Assembly: GCA_965214605.1 (NCBI GenBank)
Contig: OZ243961.1
Location: 3,232,001 to 3,296,000 of the forward strand
Length of the DNA stretch: 64,000 nucleotides
Direction of reading: 5' to 3'
Source: an uncultured Candidatus Binatia bacterium
GTDB taxonomy: Bacteria; Desulfobacterota; Binatia; Bin18
Shown: positions 57,082-64,000 of the stretch, one piece after another
How positions within the stretch are numbered: the stretch's first letter is position 1
Layout: each line of letters opens with the position of its first letter
Notes under the pieces: model-generated
Database searches by the model: none
What the model was told of the DNA's origin: nothing
Seen by the model: the letters and a program-made list of their open reading frames with translations, nothing else
Position numbers and translations under genes: made by a program

Positions 57082-58236
57082 ATGGATGATTTATGGGATC
57101 GTGCCGAGGCACTACTGGCCGACGGCAAGTCGTTTGTCTTAGCGACCATTATCCGCACGCGTGGCTCTGTCCCGCGCGAGGTCGGGGCCAAGATGGTCGT
57201 TCCGCCCGAAGGACGGCCGTTTGGCACGATCGGTGGTGGGTGTGGAGAGGGCGAGGTGTTGCGCCGGGCCTATCCGGTTTTGCAGCAAAATTTACCGCCA
57301 CGGATTGTCGAGGTCGATCTGACTGGCGATTTTGATCAAGACACAATTCAGGTCTGTGGTGGACTGATGGATGTGGCACTCGACGTATGGCGGCCCGAAG
57401 AGCACCGTGCATTGGCCCATACTCTGGCCGAGGCGACCCGGGCGCGGCGGCCAACAGCTCTGGTCACGGCTTTAGATCCGGTCAACGGCAGCCTCAGTCC
57501 GGGTGCCAAGGGATGTCTGTCGGTGGGACGCGGCGGCCCTGCCCTGAGCTCGGATCTGTCGCTTGACCAACCCCTCGTGAACACCTTCACTTCTTCCGTC
57601 GTCGGCGGGAGGTCTCAGTTGTTTATGGTCTCGCCCCAGGGTGAAGCCGTAGAAGAGGCGGTCGCCCGCCGCCACAACTGGCCCAAGGTCTTTGTTGACG
57701 TCCAGTCGGGTCAGCAAACCCTGATTATTGCCGGTGCTGGCCATATTGCCCAGCCGCTGTGTGAGATCGCTTCCCTCATGGGGTTTCGGACTACTGTGGT
57801 CGATGATCGCTGGGCGTTTGCCAATACCGAGCGGTTTCCCCGCGCGGCCGATATCCGGGTCGGCCCCTTTGGGCAAGTGCTGCAAAGCCTCGACATCAAC
57901 GCACAGACCTTTGTCGTTGTGGTGACCCGCGGGCATGTTCATGACGAGGAGTCGGTGCGGGCTGCGCTGAACAAGACCCCGGCCTATATCGGCATGATCG
58001 GAAGCAAGCGCCGGGCAAAAGCCACCCTTGAACGGCTGGCCGAGCAGGGCTTCAGCCCGGAACAGTTAAGCCGCGTTCATACCCCTATGGGCTTAGATAT
58101 TGCGGCTGAGACGCCAGCCGAAATTGCCGTTGCGATTGCGGCCGAGATCGTCCGGGCACGTCGGAACGGACCACTGGAGACGCTGTCCCTGGCCGCCAAG
58201 GCACGTCCGAGCGGCCCGTTCAAATTTGGCGGCTGA
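57082..58236 (+). CDS. xdhC: XdhC/CoxF-type molybdoenzyme maturation factor
   Basis: GSVPREVGAKM, GTIGGGCGE, CGG, GAGHIA, TRGH..D, YIGMIGSKRR, GLDIAAETPAEIA. Confidence 0.9.
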   Translation: MDDLWDRAEALLADGKSFVLATIIRTRGSVPREVGAKMVVPPEGRPFGTIGGGCGEGEVLRRAYPVLQQNLPPRIVEVDLTGDFDQDTIQVCGGLMDVALDVWRPEEHRALAHTLAEATRARRPTALVTALDPVNGSLSPGAKGCLSVGRGGPALSSDLSLDQPLVNTFTSSVVGGRSQLFMVSPQGEAVEEAVARRHNWPKVFVDVQSGQQTLIIAGAGHIAQPLCEIASLMGFRTTVVDDRWAFANTERFPRAADIRVGPFGQVLQSLDINAQTFVVVVTRGHVHDEESVRAALNKTPAYIGMIGSKRRAKATLERLAEQGFSPEQLSRVHTPMGLDIAAETPAEIAVAIAAEIVRARRNGPLETLSLAAKARPSGPFKFGG

Positions 58237-58250
58237 GCTCTGGCCAGTCT

Positions 58251-58850
58251 ATGATCTCGGGTATTCTTCTCGCCGCCGGCGAGTCCCGCCGTATGGGCTC
58301 GCCAAAGGCGCTCCTACCTTACCAGGGCCAGACTTTTATTGAGCGAATTTGCACGGCTTTTCTCAGCGCCAAGGTGGAGGAATTGATCGTCGTGCTTGGC
58401 GCCTACACGGAGAAGCTGCAGCCCGCGCTGCCCCGGCATCCGGCCCTGCGTACAGTTGTCAATCCGCACTATAAGAGGGGTCAGCTGTCTTCTCTGACCT
58501 GCGGGCTCAAGGCGCTGTCGCCCGACAGTGAGGCTGCGGTGGTGAACCTCGTTGACCATCCGCTGGTGAGGGCTGAGACTATTGCCGCGCTCATCGCTGC
58601 ATTTCGGACCGATCCCGTCCCGATCATTATTGCCGCCCACCAGGGCCAGCGCGGCCACCCGGTACTGTTCTCCCGCCAGGTCTATGGAGAGTTGCTGGCC
58701 GCTCCGCTGGATAAGGGCGCCAAAGTGGTCGTGCGCAAAGATCCCGCCCGCGTTCGTCAAGTGTTGCTCAACGACCCCGGCATTGTGGCTGATATTGATA
58801 CCCCGCAAGAGTATCGACGCTGGACGGGGCTGACCAAACCTGGTTTGTGA
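58251..58850 (+). CDS. mocA: Molybdenum cofactor cytidylyltransferase-like nucleotidyltransferase
   Basis: LAAGESRRMGSPKALL, GQLSSL, LVDHP, GHPVLF, DIDTP; adjacent to xdhC. Confidence 0.82.
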   Translation: MISGILLAAGESRRMGSPKALLPYQGQTFIERICTAFLSAKVEELIVVLGAYTEKLQPALPRHPALRTVVNPHYKRGQLSSLTCGLKALSPDSEAAVVNLVDHPLVRAETIAALIAAFRTDPVPIIIAAHQGQRGHPVLFSRQVYGELLAAPLDKGAKVVVRKDPARVRQVLLNDPGIVADIDTPQEYRRWTGLTKPGL

Positions 58851-58851
58851 T

Positions 58852-60291
58852 ATGGACCACCCGCGCCGCTTGCCCCGCTCAGTAAAGATCGCCTATGGCT
58901 TTGGACTCTCGGCCGAAGGCATTAAGACCAACGCCTTTACCCTTTTTTTGCTGTTTTATTATCAGCAGATTGTCGGACTTGATCCCAGTCTGTGCGGCGT
59001 GGCCCTGTTCGTCGCCCTGCTCATTGATGCAGTGACCGATCCGACGATTGGCGTCTGGTCTGACGGGCTGCGATCTCGACTCGGCCGCCGTCACCCTTTT
59101 ATGTATGCCGCCGGTCTGCCGCTAGCGGCATGCTTTGTGGCGGTCTTTATGCCGCCCCGCGGGTTGAGCCAAGCCGGGCTGTTTCTGTGGCTGCTGAGCT
59201 TTGCATCCGCAACGCGTTTTGCCATGACGCTCTTTGCCATTCCACACCAAGCCTTGGTGCCTGAGCTGACCCAGGACTATGACGAACGCACGTCGCTGCA
59301 AACTCTCCGCCTCGTCTTTGCCTGGCTGTTTGGGCTGGTCTATGCGCTGCTGGCCTATACCGTTTTTCTACGCGCGACCCCCGACTATCCCCAGGGATTG
59401 CTCAATCCTGACGGCTATGTCGATTTCGCCGTCTGGGGCGCGGTCATCATGGTCGTGACGACCCTGGTGTCTTCACTCGGCACCCAGCAAGCCGCGCTCC
59501 GCGCCCAGGTGGATGACAGCCGTATCCAGCAGCTCCGCCTCAGCACTTTGCCCCAAGAGATGAGGACGGCGCTGCAGAGCCCGTCGTACCGGGCGGCCGT
59601 TGTCGGCGGCCTGTGTTTGTGGGTCTCTTTTGGGGTGAACCAAAACCTGAACAATTACCTCAACACCTTCCTCTGGGGCTTTAGCTCAGAGCAGCTCTCG
59701 CTTTTCATGGTTGTCCTCATCGCCAGCTCAATACTGGCTTTGGCTATTACTCGGCCGCTGGCCGGACGGCTGGGAAAAAAGCGCTTGATCCTCACGACCT
59801 CGGTGGCTGCACCACTGATCATGGCCACGCTCATCTTTGTGCGCCTCGCCGACCTGTTACCCGGCAACGGGGAGCCCATCCTGATGAGGATCGTGGGCGG
59901 AACGATATTTGTGAGTTTGAGTTATACCGCCCTTATCATTTCTATGACGATGGTCGGGGCGATGATTGCCGACGTGACCGACGAACATGAGCTACGCACG
60001 GGCTCGCGCCGGGAGGGGCTGTTGTTCTCGGCCAACGCGTTTATCACCAAAGCGTCGTCGGGCCTCGGAGTGTTGGTCTCCGGGTTTGTGATCAAGCTGT
60101 CCGCGTTTCCGGCTGGCGCCACGCTCAGCAGCGTTGATCCGCGGGTGGTTGACCGGCTAGGGTTGTTTAGCGCCCTGGTGACGCTGCTGTTCGGAGTCGG
60201 GATGGTGTTGGGCTTTCTCCCCTACCGACTCAGCCGTGAACGCCACGCAGCGATTGTCCACGAGCTGCGCCAGCTGCGGGAATCGGCCTGA
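58852..60291 (+). CDS. MFS transporter, GPH (MelB-like) family
   Basis: DAVTDP.IG.WSD..RSRLGRRHPF, ELTQDYDERT, MIADVTD...GSRREG. Confidence 0.9.
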   Translation: MDHPRRLPRSVKIAYGFGLSAEGIKTNAFTLFLLFYYQQIVGLDPSLCGVALFVALLIDAVTDPTIGVWSDGLRSRLGRRHPFMYAAGLPLAACFVAVFMPPRGLSQAGLFLWLLSFASATRFAMTLFAIPHQALVPELTQDYDERTSLQTLRLVFAWLFGLVYALLAYTVFLRATPDYPQGLLNPDGYVDFAVWGAVIMVVTTLVSSLGTQQAALRAQVDDSRIQQLRLSTLPQEMRTALQSPSYRAAVVGGLCLWVSFGVNQNLNNYLNTFLWGFSSEQLSLFMVVLIASSILALAITRPLAGRLGKKRLILTTSVAAPLIMATLIFVRLADLLPGNGEPILMRIVGGTIFVSLSYTALIISMTMVGAMIADVTDEHELRTGSRREGLLFSANAFITKASSGLGVLVSGFVIKLSAFPAGATLSSVDPRVVDRLGLFSALVTLLFGVGMVLGFLPYRLSRERHAAIVHELRQLRESA

Positions 60292-60346
60292 GGGACTACC
60301 CGTGCTCGAAGCCACGACAACGGGCGTGGAGGGGGGCTCTGTCCGT

Positions 60347-61327
60347 TCAGCCGCCGTGCAGCAAGGCTTTGACATCGCCGTGTAGGCGCGGACCTAGCTG
60401 CGAGACGACTTTGCTCGACAGCAGGCAGGCCAGTCGGGCGGCGTCTTCGGCCGTGTAGTTATGGGTTATGGCGTACAGGAAGGCACCGGCAAACATGTCG
60501 CCCGCGCCGGTTACGTCAAGCGCATGAACGGGAAAGGCATCGACCTGAAACGCCGTTCCGCCAACATTACCCCACGCGCCGTGTTTGTCGCGGGTCATGA
60601 CGACATGGGGGGCGCTGTCTTGAAAGAGCGCAAAGATGTCTTCGGCCCGTTCTTTGCCGACATACGCACCAGCCTCCTGTTCGTTGGCAAAGACGAGGTC
60701 ACACTCGGCCACCGCAGCGCGCAGCGCGGCACCAAAAGTCTCGATAATGAAACGGTCCGAGAAGGTCAGAGAAATCTTGACCCGATGTTTCTTGGCCAGC
60801 TCAATCGCCCGCCGGACTGCCGCCCGCCCGCCGGGTGTAGAAAACAAATACCCCTCCAGATACAGCCAGGTGGCCTGTTTGAGCGCGTCTTCGGTCACGT
60901 GCTCGACCGCAAAAACGCCGTTGGCGCCGAGCGAGGTGTTCATGGTGCGTTCGGCGTCCGGGGTGATGAGAATGATGCACGTCCCGGTTGGCTGTCCACT
61001 GATGGGCGGGGTATGCAGGCGGACGCTGAGTGACTGCATTTCGTCAAAATAAAAGCGCCCCTGTTCGTCGTCGCCAACGAGGCAGCCGTAGGCCGCCCGC
61101 CCGCCAAGCTGGGCAAGAGCAATCATGGAATTGGCAGCCGAGCCGCCGCTGGCGCGGTGTGGGGGCAGGTGTTTGCAGGAGTCGAGCAGGCGGTGTTGCT
61201 CGGGTGTATCGACTAGCCGCACGCTCCCCTTGTTAAGACCTAGATCCTGCAGGGCCTGCTCGCTGACCTGGAACTGCACGTCGACTAGGGCGTTTCCTAT
61301 GCCGTATACATCAAATTTTTTGTTCAT
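60347..61327 (-). CDS. PfkB-family carbohydrate kinase (adenosine kinase-like)
   Basis: GNALVD, SGGSAANS, TPDAERTM, FANEQE, DVTGAGDMFAG. Confidence 0.9.
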   Translation of the reverse strand: MNKKFDVYGIGNALVDVQFQVSEQALQDLGLNKGSVRLVDTPEQHRLLDSCKHLPPHRASGGSAANSMIALAQLGGRAAYGCLVGDDEQGRFYFDEMQSLSVRLHTPPISGQPTGTCIILITPDAERTMNTSLGANGVFAVEHVTEDALKQATWLYLEGYLFSTPGGRAAVRRAIELAKKHRVKISLTFSDRFIIETFGAALRAAVAECDLVFANEQEAGAYVGKERAEDIFALFQDSAPHVVMTRDKHGAWGNVGGTAFQVDAFPVHALDVTGAGDMFAGAFLYAITHNYTAEDAARLACLLSSKVVSQLGPRLHGDVKALLHGG

Positions 61328-61484
61328 GGTGTTGGTGTAGTAACGGAAAGCTGCAAGCTTGGAAACAACGAATAGGCGTTGGCCAAGACCGGAATGTCGG
61401 CCCCGGCTCCCTCATCATGGCACCGTCCCCCATCCCCAAAGCGATACTGCAACGACAACGAAGCTGCTCTTCATGGCGAGGCGC

Positions 61485-63218
61485 TCAGCGTTCGCCCACT
61501 AGGGGCGAGGTGACTTTGCGGAAGGTCTCGCTCAGGGAGGTCTGGACGTCGACCACAGTCGGTTTGTCGCCGGCCAGGGCGGTCTGAAGGGCTAGCGCAA
61601 GCTGACTTGGGTCTTCCACCCGTATGCCCTCGCAGCCCATGGCTTGAACAATTTTGGCATGGTCAAAGTTGGCAAAGTCGGACGCGATGTTACGCTCTCC
61701 CTGACCGTGTTTGACCCAACCGAGAGCTTGGTTGTTGAAGACTAGGGCGACAATCGGGATATGTTCCTCAACCGCGGTCATAAAGCCGTTGAGGCTAATT
61801 GCAAAGCCGCCGTCGCCGCACACCGCAACAACCCGCTGTCCAGGATAGAGCAGCTTGGCGGCCAGTGCGGCCGGGATGGCGTATCCCATGCCGCCCACCC
61901 CGGCCGGTTGTAGAAATGTGCCGGGCGCTTTGGTCTGAAAGTAGTGCATCATGAACAGCCGGTTTTCGCCCGCGTCACAGGTCACAATCGTGTCGGGCGT
62001 AATGGCCCGTTGAAGCTCGGCGATGACCCGTTGGGGAAGAATCGGCGCGGACTGAGATCGAAACTCTAGGGCGTCAAAAAAACCGTGCTGACGGCGGGCC
62101 AATTGCAGCCGGGCTGTGCGTGCGGTAACGGTCTGAGGGGAAAGAGTTTCGTTGGCGCCCAGAGCGTCGCTCAACTGGGCGAGGACCGTTTTGGCGTCTC
62201 CAATCAGCGCAATCTCAGCCGGATAGGTCCACGAGGCATTTTTGGCCTCAACGTCGATCTGGATCAGGCGTTGCCGCTGGGGGTTGAGGAGGGTGGTGGT
62301 TTCAAAAGCGGTATCGGTGGCCGCCAGCTTGGAGCCGACGACGAGTACCACGTCGGCCGCTCCGATTTCGGCATTGGCCACAGGGGTCCCGAAATTGCCG
62401 TACACGCCCAGAGCCAGCTCGTGGGTTTCGGCAAAGCAGCCTTTACCGGACGCGCTAGTTGCGACGGGTGCTCCGATTTCTTCGGCCAGGGCGGCCAGCT
62501 CTCCAGAGGCCTGACTGATCCGAACCCCGTTGCCGGCGATAATCACCGGCCGCTCGGCCTGGGCTAAGGTCCGGGCGGCCTGTTCTACCTGACGCGGGTC
62601 GGCCGGGGGGGAGGGGACCGCCAGAAAAGGTTCGGTTGTGTACAGAGGCGGAACAGACTCAGGGCCCACCCGACCACGGAGCGCCTGGCTGTGCAGCAGG
62701 ACGGCCACCGGTCCCCTCTCTCCGGATAGAGCGTGTTTAAGCGCAATTTGCACACTGTGCACACCCTGAACCGGATCGCCGGCGACGAAAGTGCGCTTGG
62801 TCATTGCCGAAAACGCCTGTTTGGCGTCCCAGGTGCCATAATCGCCGGTGCCGGCTTGATAGGGGCCGTGCTGCGAGTACGGAGCATTATCACTCAGGTC
62901 GGTCAGCAGCAACATCGGGGAACTCGACAGATGAGCCTCGATGGCGCCTAGGCTGGCGTGCAGCAGAAAGGCGGCTTGACCGATGGCCACGCCCGGTTTG
63001 CCGGTCAGGCGACCGTAGGTCTCGGCCATTACCCCGGCGCGTGCCTCTTCACGGACGAGCACCGTGCGAATCGTGGATTGGTGGTCGTACAGGGCGTTGA
63101 ACAGGGCTCCGGTATAGCCGCCCGGAATACCGAAGACCATGTCGATACCGGCCTGTTCAAGGACGCGGATAATGGCCTCACGCGGCGGGACTGGTTCTTG
63201 AAGAAGCGGCGGTGTCAT
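61485..63218 (-). CDS. Thiamine-pyrophosphate-dependent enzyme (acetolactate synthase-like)
   Basis: VFGIPGG, GGMGYAIP, GDGGF...NN TPP motif; start re-called to ATG 63218. Confidence 0.9.
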   Translation of the reverse strand: MTPPLLQEPVPPREAIIRVLEQAGIDMVFGIPGGYTGALFNALYDHQSTIRTVLVREEARAGVMAETYGRLTGKPGVAIGQAAFLLHASLGAIEAHLSSSPMLLLTDLSDNAPYSQHGPYQAGTGDYGTWDAKQAFSAMTKRTFVAGDPVQGVHSVQIALKHALSGERGPVAVLLHSQALRGRVGPESVPPLYTTEPFLAVPSPPADPRQVEQAARTLAQAERPVIIAGNGVRISQASGELAALAEEIGAPVATSASGKGCFAETHELALGVYGNFGTPVANAEIGAADVVLVVGSKLAATDTAFETTTLLNPQRQRLIQIDVEAKNASWTYPAEIALIGDAKTVLAQLSDALGANETLSPQTVTARTARLQLARRQHGFFDALEFRSQSAPILPQRVIAELQRAITPDTIVTCDAGENRLFMMHYFQTKAPGTFLQPAGVGGMGYAIPAALAAKLLYPGQRVVAVCGDGGFAISLNGFMTAVEEHIPIVALVFNNQALGWVKHGQGERNIASDFANFDHAKIVQAMGCEGIRVEDPSQLALALQTALAGDKPTVVDVQTSLSETFRKVTSPLVGER

Positions 63219-63520
63219 ACGGCTTTCCTCATCGCTGATACGGGCTTTCCTCTCAGACTGTCTGTTGCAGAAACTCGGACCGTCCCCCCGCTGTCCATAC
63301 CACACGACGGGCAAAAACCCCAAGTGGCTTCGTCTGCCCGCGCACGGGTCTTTTGCTTGCGTGGAAAATCTGCGGATGGTATAAGAGCTTGCTGTTCGGT
63401 ACGGTGAGGCAGCCAGAATAATGTAACGAATCGGGCCTTGCTTCCCCGTGCAGAACATATTAGTGAAATTTGCATTTCAGCTGGGCCCGGCACATGCACG
63501 GGCTCGAACAGGAGGGAACT

Positions 63521-64000
63521 TTGCAAGCATTTACATACGACGCGCCGACATCGCTCAGTCAAGCGCTCAACCAGCTGGCTGAGGCCGGCGACAATGGGCG
63601 GCTGTTGGCTGGGGGTACGGATCTCATTATTCAGATGCGTGCAGGTGTCAAACAGCCTGGGGTCATTATTGATGCCAAGACGATTCCTGAACTCCAGACC
63701 TGCACCTTCAGCGTTCAGGATGGACTGCGGCTTGGTGCCTCGTATCCCTGTTGCAAGTTTATCGAAGACGCGATCCTACAGCAGCACTATCCCGGCCTAG
63801 TCGAAGCGGCTGGCCTGATCGGCTCGGACCAGATTCTGAGCCGGGCTTCGATCGGTGGCAACCTGTGTAATGGCTCGCCGGCAGCGGATACGCCGCCCGC
63901 TCTTATCGCGCTCAACGCCAGCTGTCATATCGCCGGCCCAAACGGAGAACGGGACGTTGCGGTTGAGGATTTTGTGACCGGTCCGGGCGAGACCGTGCTT
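63521..64000 (+). CDS. Xanthine dehydrogenase / CO dehydrogenase family FAD-binding subunit (CoxM-like), runs off the window
   Basis: Hand translation from TTG 63521 after AGGAGG: MQAFTYDAPTSLSQAL...LLAGGTDLIIQMR...IGSDQILSRASIGGNLCNGSPAAD. Confidence 0.9.
   Translation, partial: MQAFTYDAPTSLSQALNQLAEAGDNGRLLAGGTDLIIQMRAGVKQPGVIIDAKTIPELQTCTFSVQDGLRLGASYPCCKFIEDAILQQHYPGLVEAAGLIGSDQILSRASIGGNLCNGSPAADTPPALIALNASCHIAGPNGERDVAVEDFVTGPGETVL

Noticed and set aside
1-64000. tRNA, rRNA, tmRNA, intact transposase or integrase
   Set aside because: No recognisable signatures by eye; tRNAscan-SE and Infernal would be needed to exclude them formally

Overview
A GC-rich bacterial chromosomal window. 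Most of it is intact housekeeping and catabolic genes: minCDE, purM, purE-purC, rarA, nadK, recN, pdhAB, gloB, dacB, terC, RavA/ViaA-like genes, F420-type LLM and Ddn oxidoreductases, CoA-transferases, xdhC-mocA and the start of a coxM-like gene. The gene content suggests a delta-proteobacterial/Binatia-like organism, possibly a host-associated symbiont; this is inference only. Three decayed accessory patches stand out. (1) 9.1-14.9 kb is a cluster of frameshifted GT-C-like membrane glycosyltransferase genes with a C23 tract, a duplicated intergenic element 4,010 bp apart and a repeated Cys-containing C-terminal domain. (2) 29.9-31.4 kb is a fossil type I-B/MYXAN-like CRISPR-Cas locus: a WYL regulator pseudogene joined by deletion to the 3' end of cas1, then a broken cas2, a leader and a single 36-bp repeat. 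(3) A vapC remnant lies at about 39.6 kb. The best candidate for an uncharacterised intact system is a divergent pair between nadK and recN: a sigma-54 activator with a PDE/CyaB-type GAF domain and an MMPL/RND exporter fused to a cyclic-nucleotide-binding domain. I recognised no rRNA, tRNA or intact transposase. All family calls come from motif recognition, not database searches.
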